DNA of 64,000 nucleotides from Dictyostelium discoideum. Its lineage: Eukaryota. The translations under genes and the position numbers were made by a program. Where the stretch lies: the NCBI GenBank assembly GCA_000004695.1, contig CM000150.2:512001-576000 (forward strand), read 5' to 3'. Positions 24,101 through 36,245 of this stretch are shown here, one piece after another. Each line of letters begins with the position of its first letter. Within the stretch, counting starts at the first letter, position 1. The notes beneath the pieces are model-generated. The model did not search any database. It was given only the letters and a program-made list of their open reading frames with translations, and was not told the origin of the DNA.

Positions 24101-24707
24101 CGAGAAAACTAGGCTCTCTCCAAATATCGTCAGATTCATTGAACATTTCAATAGTGTTAGTTTTTGGCTACAAACTTGTATTGTTAAAAGCGGGAAAATT
24201 AAAGAACGTGTCGCTGTACTTAAAAAAGTGATTGCATTAGCTGACGTTTTCGTACAACTAAATAACTACTATGGTGCAATGGAAGTCCTCTCATCTTTAG
24301 AATCCTCTGCCGTGTCTAGATTACATAAAACTTGGGAACAAGTGCCACAATCCTCTATCCAGTCTTTACAATCCTTACAAAAACTATTATCACCACAAGA
24401 GAATTTTAAAAATTATCGTGAAAGAATTTCAAAATGTGGTTCTTGTTGTATACCATATATTGGTTTATATCTAAGTGATTTAACATTCATTCATGAAGGT
24501 AATCCAGACTATTATCAACAATCACAATTAATTAATTTCTCAAAACTTCGTGAAGTTGCCATTACAATTAATACAATTAAACAATTTCAAAATATTTTTT
24601 ATTATTATGAAAAAAATCAAAATATTCGTTCTCAAATGAATTTTAAATCACCAGGTGCTGATATAATTTGGAAAATGTCATTAAGTTGTGAACAAAGAAA
24701 TAAATAA
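21108..24707 (+). CDS. Ras guanine-nucleotide exchange factor (RasGEF-N plus CDC25-homology catalytic domain) with an N-terminal six-helix ion-transport/voltage-sensor-like transmembrane module. Two exons: join(21108..22718, 22800..24707), about 1171 aa.
   Basis: ATG at 21108 (MAERVKILKPG; upstream of it the track ORF is only poly-Lys read-through). Donor GTAAGT at 22719; acceptor (T)16AG at 22798-99; frame is preserved and open from 22800. TM helices: WMTWVISSNIWLTIMIISIIFVLFI, IGFFSIDIILNLFCF, IVFWLDLISLISIVTDI, the S4-like NTRIIRICGSFIRISLISTLYNRF, IVLLALAVLFATQLLVY and CILHLCLTVFVILVLITINLLIV. RasGEF-N: VIQYATIDKLIEKLTMAEAHDLKFANVFLLTYRKFLSPVELMERL. CDC25 domain: IAIQITLMEFDLFKNI...YIGLYLSDLTFIHEGNPDY. 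Confidence 0.75.
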
Positions 24708-24730
24708 TTAATAATAATTAATAATTAATT

Positions 24731-24770
<40 letters not shown>

Positions 24771-25015
24771 AATAAATTAATTAATCAAATTGTAAATTAA
24801 ATTTATTTATTTATTAAATTTATTTATTTATTTATTTATTTATTTAAATAAAAATTATTTTATTTCAATTTTTTTTTCAATTTCACTTTTTTTTTTTTTT
24901 TTTTTTTTTTTATTTTTTATTTTATATTTTTTTTTTTTTTTTTTACAACTTCATTCATTCATAATTATTTTTTTTTTAAATTAATTATTATATATATATA
25001 TAAATTTAGTTTAAA

Positions 25016-25247
25016 ATGAATCCAGTTGAAGATTTTACAAAATTAAATTTATTTGGAACTTTTACAAATTTTGTTTCTGCACCAGTTCCTTTTGATTGTT
25101 ATCATGATCCAACTAAGAGTGAAACTATTTTAGTTGCAGGTATGTAAATAAAATAGTTTAAAATATATTAAATTTGTAAATTATATAATTTAATAAAAAA
25201 TAAAAAAAAAAAATAAAAAAAAACCTTATGAATATATTTATTTAAAT

Positions 25248-25289
<42 letters not shown>

Positions 25290-25560
25290 ACCAGGAGTAT
25301 TACCAAATGATATGAAAGTTAATGTGGATAAAGATAAATTAATAATTCAAGGTAAAAGAGAATGTGAAAAACATGATTATCTTTTTAGTAATAGATGGTG
25401 TGGTAGCTTTATACATCATATTAGTTTTGCTAAAGAAGTTAAAGCTTCAGATGTAAATGTGGGTTTAGGTGAAGGAATATTAAAAATTACAATCTCAAAC
25501 ACTCCAACAAATAATGTAATTGGTGTTAAAATGTCAAATAATAATAAAGTTGAATTTTAA
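25016..25560 (+). CDS. Small heat-shock protein (Hsp20/alpha-crystallin domain), about 132 aa, two exons: join(25016..25139, 25286..25560).
   Basis: Exon 1 encodes MNPVEDFTKLNLFGTFTNFVSAPVPFDCYHDPTKSETILVA. GTATGT donor at 25140; T-rich acceptor AG at 25284-85. Exon 2 encodes DLPGVLPNDMKVNVDKDKLIIQGKRE...NRWCGSFIHHISFAKEVKASDVNVGLGEGILKITI, the alpha-crystallin domain pattern G-x-F-x-R-x-h-x-L-P...GVL-x-h. Confidence 0.6.
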
Positions 25561-25621
25561 AATAAAAAGATAAAAACATAAAAATTTTAATTAAAATTTT
25601 CTTTTTTTTTTTTTTTTTTAT

Positions 25622-26492
25622 TTACTTTTTTGATATCTTTTTTGTTGTTGTTGTTGGTGTTTTCTTTACAACCTTTTTAACTTCTGTTGCTTCAGTAGTT
25701 GGTGTTGTTGTTGTTGTTGCTTTTTTAGAAACTACTTTTTTAGTTGATGCTGCGGTTGGTGTTGTTGTTTTCTTTTGTGCAGCGGCAGCAGCTTTTTCTA
25801 ATTTTTCTTTTTCTAATCTTTCTTTTTCTAATTTTTCTTGTTCTAATCTTTGTTTTTCTTTTTCTAATCTTTCTTGTTCTTCTTTTTCTTCTTTTTCTTT
25901 TTGTTGTTGTTGTTGTTTATAAACATCACCCATTAATGGATGACCATATAATACAGTATATTTATTGCATAATTTCTCTAATTCACCTGCTGTTTTTTGA
26001 TAGAAATTTAATTTATGATCCATTTTCATTTTTTCATAATCATCTTTATATTTAATAATTAATGCTTTTGTATATTGTTGAAGGTGAGCATTTATTCCTC
26101 TATCTTTTGCTTTAACTTCTTTTGGTAATGTTAAATCTAAATAAATAAATTATAATAAATTATAATAATAATAATAAAAAAATAATAATAAAAAATAAAA
26201 ATAAAAATAAGTGTGTTAATATTAATAGAATTTTAAAGTCTCTATATTTATTTTTTTATTAAAACTTACCAACTGGTTTTGCTTCCATTCCTAATTTATT
26301 TAAAGCTTTTTTATTATCACATTCAAATTTATTACTATATTGTAAACCCATTAAAGCGAAATTTTCAAGTGCTGTTTTATTGTTATCCCATCTTTTCATA
26401 ACTTCTTCATCTACACGTCCAAAATTAAATTGTTTCTTTAAAGTACCCTCTTTTCTTCTCTTTCTATCAATTTTATTATTCATTCCTGTCAT
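25622..26492 (-). CDS. nop16: Nucleolar protein NOP16 homolog, about 245 aa, two exons: complement(join(25622..26136, 26270..26492)).
   Basis: Exon 1 (MTGMNNKIDRKRRKEGTLKKQFNFGRVDEEVMKRWDNNKTALENFALMGLQYS...) ends at a GTAAGT donor (plus-strand 'acttac' at 26264-26269). The acceptor is 'tttatttatttag'. Exon 2 (DLTLPKEVKAKDRGINAHLQQYTKALIIKYKDDYEKMKMDHKLNFYQKTAGELEKLCNKYTVLYGHPL) matches the conserved NOP16 core (human ...ENHGEDYKAMARDEKNYYQDTPKQIRSKINVYKRFYP). The C-terminus is a Lys/Glu coiled coil. Confidence 0.7.
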
Positions 26493-26571
26493 TTTTTATT
26501 TATTTATTTTTATATTTATAAATGTATATAAATATTTTTATTTAATTGATAAATATTAATAAAAAAAAAAA

Positions 26572-26612
<41 letters not shown>

Positions 26613-27175
26613 GAATTGAACGACAAAAACTTTTTTCGATTTTTATTTTATTTTTATTTTTATTTTTTTTAATTTTATTTATTTTTTTTAATAATTATTT
26701 TTTTTTTTTTTTTTGATTGATTAGAAACAATAATAAATACTTGGAGTGTTTTATATTTTTTAATAATTTAAGTAACAACAGATTTAAATTACCATATTTC
26801 ATACAATACTTTATTTTTTTAATATTATTTTTTTTTTTATTCATGGAATTTCCATTTAATGTAAAAAACACACTCCCTAGTATTTGTGAATAATTTTTTA
26901 AAAAATCCCATTTCCAAGGTTAAGATTTCTTTAATTTTAAAGATAATAAATTCACATAGTTTTATTTTTTTTTGTAAAATTGGATTTTTCTTCAAACTTT
27001 TTTTTTTTTTAATAATATATAATATCATGATCTTTTTCTTTTTTCGACTATTTGGACCTTTTTTTTTTTTTTTTTTTTTTTTAGCCATTTTTTTTTTTTT
27101 TTTCTTTTTTATTTTCCAAATAATAATAATAAATAATAAATAATAAATAATAATAATAATAATAATAATAATAAA

Positions 27176-27289
27176 GTGAGCCAAATAAAAAAAATAAAAT
27201 TAGATACTAATGAAAATAAAATTATACCCAAATATATTTGTCTTAATATTATTGAGCCATTGATTAATTATTTATTAACAAATAGAAAA

Positions 27290-27345
<56 letters not shown>

Positions 27346-29233
27346 TAATAATAATAAAAATTTTGAAATTAAAAATTATTATTACAATTTTAATGAAATT
27401 TTAAAATTATCATTAGTATCAAAAGATTGGTTTAATATAATTTCAAATTTAATTGGTAATAATATTATTGATAATAATATTTTAGAATATTGGATTAATG
27501 GTATTATTGATGGTTCAGATATAAGTTCACCACCACCAGTTAAAGCTGAATTTATAACATATGATTTTAAAAAGAAAAATTCAAAAGGTGATGATATCGA
27601 TATAAAATTTAATATGAAAATTAATAAAGAATTTTCAATTATTAAAATTGATAAAAATATTGTAAAAGATTATTTTAAAAATCAAGTTTTATGTTTAGAT
27701 TGTTTATTATATGATTATCTAATTGAACTTGCCGAATTGGAAAATCAAGGTAAACTACATTACAGAAAGATTCTAATTAAAATGGATTACTTTTATAGTG
27801 ATTTTTATGATTTGTATTTTGAGGGTGGGAATCCAAATAGCAAGTTAATTAAAAAAGGTGGATTGGTAGATTTAACTACACCATCATCACCATCATCATC
27901 ATCTGATAGTAGTAATTGTATTATTGAATTTACATTACACGATTTAATTACCATGGATGATATTGATGATGGATTTTGTGCGGTGTATTACCATGGTGGG
28001 GATGAAAAGAAATTAAATATTAATAATATCAGTTATTTCGGGTCACATCAAGATTACGATTATAAAGTTTTTCAAAAAGTTTTAAAAAACATTACATCAA
28101 AAAATATTAAATTTAATATTGGAAATGATGATGAAGATACTCATGCAGATTTTTCAGATTTTTTCAATAGTCAACTTAATGGACAAGTCGAGTCAATTAA
28201 AATCTATTCAGATTTCGTTGAACCATTTCATCTATTAAATGTAAATCAATTAAATAATTTACATACACTTTCAATACCAATCCATTTTCATGAAATCATT
28301 GGTATGTTATTAGAATTTAATGAAGATTCACAATTACAATGTAGAAATAATGAAATATTATCAAAACACCAGGATAGCATAATCAAAGATTGGGAATCAA
28401 TGATTGAATCTTTAAAATCATGTAGACCCTTAAAAAATTTAGAAATTTCAAATCCATGTTTTGACTCTCACTGTATCTATAATTTCATGAAAGAATCACT
28501 TGATTACAAAAATAAAGATACCACCCCCCATGATGATGACAATGAAGATGAAAAAGAAAATGAAGATGAAAATGAGGATTTAAAAAATTGTTTATATTAT
28601 TTAAAAATGTTTTCAAATGGTATTAAATCATTATTATCTTCATCATCGTTGGAATATTTTAAAATTAAAAATTGTGGTATTGTAATTTGTAATGACACAT
28701 TCTCTGAATTATCTAATAATAAATCAATTAAAACTTTAGTATTGGATGACGAATTTTCATCGTGCAAACAAATGAATGATGGTGATGAATTTTATGAAAT
28801 CCATTATTTTAATATTATTCAATATTTATTTGAAAATATATTCAATTCACCAAATTCAAATATCAGACACTTTAAATTCTCATCAAAATATTCAAATTCA
28901 TTACAACCAATATTTAAATCAATTTTAAATAATTTGAATACAATTCAATTATATTCAATAACAATAAAAATTACTCAAAATATTTTAGAATCAACTTTAG
29001 ATGAAATTATTAATCTTTCATATAAATTCAAGGAAAATCAAAAACAACGACAACATAAGAACTTATGTGAATTTAAAATAAGTGTGATTAATTCAAAAAC
29101 TAAAAAATCTGAAAAAGATAATTCAAAAACTGATAAATCAAAAAAATATCAATCATTATTAAATGATAAAATTAATGGAAATTCTTGCCATTTCTCTATT
29201 TCCGTTTTAAGCTACTCAAACAATGATTTCTAA
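27176..29233 (+). CDS. F-box-like/LRR-like protein, paralog A, about 685 aa as read. The 5' end is unresolved: the open frame begins at a GTG and there is no in-frame ATG until about aa 203, so a small upstream exon is likely.
   Basis: F-box-like IPKYICLNIIEPLINYLL...(poly-N insert)...LKLSLVSKDWFNIISNLI. LRR-like C-terminal half (LHTLSIPIHFHEI, LKNLEISNPC, IKTLVLDDEF). About 60% identical to the neighbouring gene at 30006..32264. Confidence 0.5.
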
Positions 29234-30005
29234 AAAAAAAAACAAAAACAAAAAAAAAAAAAAAATAATAAATAAATAAATAAATAAATATAAAATAAAG
29301 ACAAGAATTTATAAATTCAATTTTTTTTTTTTTTTTTTTTTTATTAATAAATCAATTTTATTTTTGGAAAATATCTTTAAATAGCAAAAAAAAAAAAAAA
29401 AAAAAAAAAATGAAAGTAAAATATAGATTTTAATATTTTTCATATGCTTTTGGAAAATAACTTTAAATAGAAAAAAAAAAAAAATTATTTAATTTTGATG
29501 AATTTTCATAAAAAAAAAAAAAAGATTTTTTTTTTTAAAGATTTTGAATTTTGATTAACAAACATATAAACAGATATTTTTAACAAAAAAAAAAAAAATA
29601 AAAAAAATAAAAAAAAATTAAAAATAAAAAAAATAAAAAATACAAATGGCCAGATTAGTCTTTGAAATTTTTTCGATTTTTTTTATTTTTGTTCAATTTT
29701 TTCAACGAATATCTGTTCGGGTATTTAAAAAAGATTTTTTTTGTTTTATTTTTTTTATTTTTTAATATTTTTTTTTCTTTGTGTTTTTTTTTTGTCGTTT
29801 TTTTTTTTTTTATTTTTTTTTTTTTTGGTATATGTCAAAGTTGAAAACAAACTCTCTTGTGCTACTTAAATAATAAACACTCAAAAAAAAAAAAATAAAA
29901 AATAAAAATAAAAATAAAAATAAAAAAAAAATTTTAAAACCCCTTTCACCATTAAAATAGAAAATAAAAAATTGATGAACCCTCCACAAAATTGCCAATT
30001 TAGAG

Positions 30006-30249
30006 ATGAATGATAGTTTAAAATTTAGAAATATATTAGTAAATATGGATTACAATAAAAGAGAATTTAAAAATTTATTAAATTCAAATTATAAAAAAAT
30101 AAAATTAGATAATAATAATAATAATAATAATAATGATACTATAACCATACCAAATTATATTTATAATAATATTATTGAATCAATAGTTAATTATTTATTA
30201 TTAAATAAAAAAAATAATATTAATAATTGTAATAATAATATTAATAATT

Positions 30250-30313
<64 letters not shown>

Positions 30314-32264
30314 TTATGAAATTAAAAACTACTATTATTATATAAATGAAATTATAAAATTATCATTAGTATCAAAGGAATGGTATAAAATCATATCAAA
30401 TTTAATAACCAATAATATCATTGACAATAATAGAATAGAATATTGGTTCAATGAACCATTATTACCAACTATTTCACCACCACCACCACAACCAGATACT
30501 ATTTCATATAATTTTAGAAAGAAATATTCAGAAAGCAGTGAAATTAAATTAAATTTTAAAATGAATATAAATAAGGAATATTCAATTATTAAAATTAATA
30601 ATACTAATAATAGTAATAATGATAATAATATTATAAAAGATTATTTTAAACAACAAGTATTATGTTTAAATAAATTAACATATGAAGAATTAGAAGAAAT
30701 TTCCAAATTAAAGATGAATAATAGTTTAAAATTTAGAAAGATATTAGTAAATATGGATTATAATAAAACAGAATTTAAAAATTTATTAAATTCAAATTAT
30801 AAAAAAATAAACAGTTCATTTGATTTATCAAATCTACCTTCATCCAATAATAATATAAATAATAATAATAATAATAATAATAATTGTAAAGTTGATATTA
30901 CTCTTCATAATTTCTCATTATTAAATGATAATATTGATATTAGTAGTAGTAATGATAATAATGATGATAAAATAGAATCAAAATTATATATAAATAATAT
31001 TAGTTATTTCGGAACAAATAATTGTGATAAGATATTCAATATATTAAATCATATTAAATCAAAGAATATTAAATATATAAATAATGATAATGATGACGAT
31101 ATTATTCATATGGATTTTTCAGGACTGTTTAATCAAGATATTAATGGACAAGTTGAATCAATTAAAATTTATTCAGATTTCGTTGAACCCTATCATCTAT
31201 TAAATGTTAATCAATTAAATAATTTACATACACTTTCAATACCAATTCAATTTCATGAAATCATTGAAATTATGTTAGGAAATGATGAATCACAATGTAG
31301 AAATGATGAATTTCTATCACAATTTAGAAATGATATTATCAATCATTGGGAACTAATGATTGAATCATTAAGTACTTGTAAATTATTAAAAAATTTAACA
31401 ATTTCAAAAGCATGTCCATATACACGTTGTATTTATAACCATTTTAGTGATGATGATGAATTTAATTATTATGATAGTAGTTATAGTGAAAATAATAGTT
31501 TTTACAATCATGATGATAATGATGACAATGATGATGATGATGATGAAGATGATGAAGAAGATGATGATGATGAGGATCATGAGGATCATGATGATACAAA
31601 AAAGATTTTAAATTATTTAAAAATGTTTTCAAATGGTATTAAATCATTATTATCTTCATCCTCTTCATCATTGGAATATTTTAAAATCAAGAATGGTGGT
31701 ATGGTAATTTGTAATGATTTATTCTCTGAATTATCTAATAATAAATCAATTAAAACTTTAGTATTGGATGACAATTTTAAAACATTTGATGATGGCGGTG
31801 GTAGTGGTAGTGGTAATGATCATAGTAAATTCAAAGATCAAGAATTCTTTAAAAAGTTTTATTTTAATACTATTCAATATTTATTTGAAAATATATTCAA
31901 TTCAACAAGTTCAAATATTAGACATTTTAAATTCTCTTCAACATATTCAAATTCATTACAACCAATATTTAAATCAATTTTAAATAATTTAAATACAATT
32001 CAATTATATTCAATAACAATAAAAATTACTCAAGATATTTTAGAATCAACTTTAGATGAAATTATTAATCTTTCAAATAAATTCAATCAAAATCAAAATC
32101 AAAATCAACAACCACCACAATTTAAAAATTTAAATGAATTTAAAATTTATGTAATTAAAAAATCAAAAATTGATAAAACAAAACAATATCAATCATTATT
32201 AAATGATAAAATTAATAATGGTTGTCATTTTTCAATTTCCGTCAAACATTATTTTGATAGATAA
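30006..32264 (+). CDS. F-box-like/LRR-like protein, paralog B, 752 aa. The N-terminal roughly 35-aa motif is duplicated internally.
   Basis: ATG at 30006. F-box-like IPNYIYNNIIESIVNYLL...LKLSLVSKEWYKIISNLI. The N-terminal MNDSLKFRNILVNMDYNKREFKNLLNSNYKKI recurs as MNNSLKFRKILVNMDYNKTEFKNLLNSNYKKI at about aa 238. The C-terminal half (INGQVESIKIYSDFVEPYHLLNVNQLNNLHTLSIPIQFHEII...) is nearly identical to paralog A. Confidence 0.6.
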
Positions 32265-33193
32265 ATTTAACTAAATTTAAAAAGTAATATTACAAAAATA
32301 AAAATGTAAAGTTTTTTTGGTTTTTTTTTTTTTTAATCTATTTATTAAAAAAAGTTTTTTTAATTTTTATTTTAAAGTATCTTGTGTTCTGTTTTATAAA
32401 AATAAAAATTAATAATAATTGTTAATGTTTCTAAAAATAAATATTTTTTTTTTTAATCTTTTCCCAACCAACCAGTGAAAAAAAAAAAAAAAAAAAGATT
32501 AAAATAAAATAATAAAATAAAATAAAAAAATAAATTGGTTTTAAAATTTATTGATATTTTGTTGGTCTTTGATTGGTTCCCAATTGTAATTGGTGAAAAC
32601 CGATTTTTTTTTTTTATTTTTTATTTTTTTTTTTATTTTTTTAATTTTTTTTTATTTTTTTTTTTTATTTTGCACACTGTATATATTAAAGTTTTTTTAT
32701 TTTTTTTTTATTTTTTTTTTTTCATATTATTTTTTTTATCGCTTAATTTAAAATAAATATCTGTGTGTGTGCGTGTGAATTATTTTTATATAATTATCGT
32801 AAATTGTTTTTATTTTTTTTTTATATTTTTATATTTTTTTATTTTTATTTTAAACATTGTGTGGGAACTGCTTTTGGTTATAAAATTAATTACAAAAAAA
32901 AAAACAAAAAAAAAAAAAAAAAACAAAAAAAAAAAAAAAAAAAGTTTATATTTATTATTATTTAAAAAAAAAAAAAAAAAACATCGTAAATTAAAAAAAA
33001 GTAAATTAAAATAAAAAATATAATAAAAAAAAAAAAAAAAAACTAAATCATAAAAAAATAAATTGTTTTTTCATTTTTTTCCTTTTTTATAACACTACAC
33101 ATTGTATTTATTGTTTAATTGTTTTTTTAAAAAAAATAATATAATTGTTTTTTTTTTTTAAAAAAATAGATTAAAAAAAAAAAAAAAAAAAAA

Positions 33194-33936
33194 ATGATTT
33201 TTGGAACACCAAATTCAACATTTTTAGAGAATAGATTAGGAAGTAGTACAGGAATGCCATTTAGTAGTGCAACATCATTAAATAGTGGAGTTGATCAAAT
33301 GATGAATGAACTTAACATTCAACAACCGACCAGTCATACAGTATTATTCGATCTTTCATGGGAAGTTGCAAAAAAAGTTGGTGGTATTTATACAGTTTTA
33401 AAAACCAAAGCACCAGTAACAGTTGAAGAATATAAATCAAGATATGCATTAATTGGTCCATATAATGCAAGTGTAAGTTTTATATTTTATTTATTTTATT
33501 TTTATTTTTTTCATTTCTTTTTTTCATACTAATAATAATAAATGTATTTAGACAGCACCAACAGAATTTGAACCATTAATACCAGGACCATTATCATCAC
33601 CAATCATTGAAAATATGATGAAAAAGTATGGTATTCATGTTCATTTTGGTAAATGGTTAGTAGAAGGTTATCCAAAAGTATTTTTAATTGATCTTCATAG
33701 TTCAATGCATAAACTTGGTGAATGGAGATGGGATTTAATGAGTGGTTTCGAACAAGCAGGTGATAATGAAACTAATGAAACAATTGTATTTGGTTATCAA
33801 TCTGCTTTATTATTAAAAGAATTTGCTGAAGCAAATCCAAATGATAAATATATAGCTCATTTTCATGAAGTAATGATATAATTTTAATATTTTATTAAAA
33901 AAATAATAATTAATAATATTAATAATATTAATAATT

Positions 33937-34007
<71 letters not shown>

Positions 34008-36149
34008 GTGGCAAGCATCAGTTGGATTAATATTATTAAAGAAATGGAAAGTACCAGTTTCAACTATTTTTACAACTCATGCAACATTATTAGGTAGATA
34101 TTTAGCAGCGGGTGGTGTTGATTTATATAATCAAATGCAAGTTTTAAATATGGATTTTGAAGCATCTAAACGTGGTATCTATCATCGTCATTGGATTGAA
34201 AAGAAGTCTGCTGCTGATTCTCATGTTTTTACAACGGTTTCAGAGATTACTGGTTATGAATCTGAGCATATTTTAATGAGAAAACCAGATGTTATCTTAC
34301 CAAATGGTTTAAAATTAGATAAATTTACTGCACTTCATGAATTTCAAAATTTACATGCAAAATATAAAGTAAGTAATTAATTTATTAAAAAATCAATAGA
34401 TTAATACTAATAAAATAAATACTAAATATATATTTTTATTTTTTATTTTTGAAAAAAAAAAAAAAAAAGGGAGTATTAAATGAATTTGTACGTGGTCATT
34501 TTTATGGACATTATAGTGATTTCGATTTAGATAATACATTATATGTATTTACAGCAGGTAGACATGAATATTTTAATAAAGGAGTTGATATGTTTTTAGA
34601 TTCATTAGCAGGTTTAAATAAATTATTACAACAGAGTGGATCAAAGATGACAGTTGTTGCATTTATAATTATGCCAGCTGCAACTAATAATTTCAATGTT
34701 GAATCATTAAAAGGTCATTCATATCTAAAGGATATGAGACGTACTTGTAATACAATTGTCGAGGCGATGGGTGAACGTTTATTCGAGGCAACGAGTAGGG
34801 GTAAAATGATATCACCAGAGGAACTATTATCACAAGAGGATCTAGTTATGTTAAAGAGAAGAATCTTTGCATTGAAACAAAAGTCAAGTGGTCCACCCGT
34901 TGTAACTCATAATATGATCAATGATAATGACGAAATTCTTCAACATATTAGAAGGATAAAACTATTCAACTCTCAAGAGGATCGTGTAAAGGTTATCTAT
35001 CATCCAGAGTTTTTAACATCCACCAATCCATTGATACCTTTGGATTACACTGAATTCGTTAGAGGCTGTCATCTTGGTATCTTTCCAAGCTACTATGAAC
35101 CATTTGGTATGACCCCCGCCGAATGTTGTGCAAGTGGTTGTCCATCAATCACCAGTAATCTAACTGGTTTCGCAAATTATATGAGTAGAGCACTACAAGA
35201 CACTGACTCTAAAGGTATTTTCATCGTTGATAGAAGATTCAAATCCTCTAGAGAAACTGTTGATCAAATGACTCAATACCTTTGGAAATTCACTCAATTA
35301 GATAGAAGACAAAGAATTGAACTTAGAAATGCAACTGAAAAATTATCTGAACTCTTAGATTGGAGAACTCTTGGTAAATTCTATAAAACTGCTCGTGCTC
35401 TTGCACTAGAAAGAGCTTTTCCACCAAAACCAATCTCAAGATCACCTTCACCTTCACCTTCTTCAAGTTTAAAATTATCAACTGGTTTATCAAATCAAAT
35501 TGAATTACAACAACAACAACAACAACAACAACCACAACCAATTGGTACAACAATTAATTTAATACCACCATCTTCAAATGTTTCAGTAACACCTACTACA
35601 ACACCAACAACTACAACAACTGCAACTACAGCAACTACAGCACCAATCACAACACCAAAACCAAATGTAATTCCAATTAATACTGGTAAAGAAAATATCA
35701 CTTTATTATCACCAAATTCAATGTCTTCACTTTTAAGTGATTCATTAAATGAATTTAAAAAACAACAACAACAACAACAACAATCTAAAACACCAACAAC
35801 ACCAACAACAACATCAACAACGACAACAACACCATCAACTACAGCAGCGGCAACAAATAAATCAGTTTTATCAAATCCAACACCAACACCATCTCCAAAT
35901 ACATCATCATTCATTCCAACAAATAAAGGATCCACAGCAACAACTACAACAACAACAGCAACACCAACACCAACACCAAGTAATAATACTAATGGTAAAC
36001 CATTTAATCCAATTGAAGCATTAACTAAAAGTAACAGTAGTAGTAATTTTGCAACAACTTCAACTGCTTCTGTAAACACCAACAATGGTGGCACTAATTC
36101 ACCAGTATCTAAATCAATACCAATTCCTTCTTCAAAATCATTAAAATAA
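33194..36149 (+). CDS. glcS: Glycogen [starch] synthase (GT3 family), about 878 aa, four exons: join(33194..33472, 33552..33869, 34009..34368, 34470..36149). It has a long Thr/Pro/Gln/Asn-rich C-terminal tail.
   Basis: [30 protein letters not shown]..., AHFHE|[10 protein letters not shown]...[23 protein letters not shown]|[46 protein letters not shown]..., [57 protein letters not shown]. All of this is co-linear with animal/fungal glycogen synthase. Donors GTAAGT/GTAATG/GTAAGT; acceptors are T-rich followed by AG. Confidence 0.85.
33936..34006. repeat. (TTTA)n microsatellite, about 17 units, inside intron 2 of the glycogen synthase gene.
   Basis: 'tttatttatttattta...' runs directly up to the 'ttatttag' acceptor at 34007-08. 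Confidence 0.8.
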
Positions 36150-36245
36150 TAATAAAAAAAAATAAAAAAAAAGACTACAACAATAATTTGAAATTCAAAT
36201 TATTATAAATAAAATTTGTTTGGCAAAATAATTTATATAATAATA

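Noticed and set aside
26886-27143. Plus-strand ORF MNNFLKNPISKVKISLILKIINSHSFIFF... upstream of F-box paralog A. Considered as its missing first exon because of weak resemblance to MNDSLKFRNILVN of paralog B.
   Set aside because: It begins at a GTG, has no donor site in a compatible phase, and the similarity is limited to MNxxLK. I left paralog A's 5' end unresolved.
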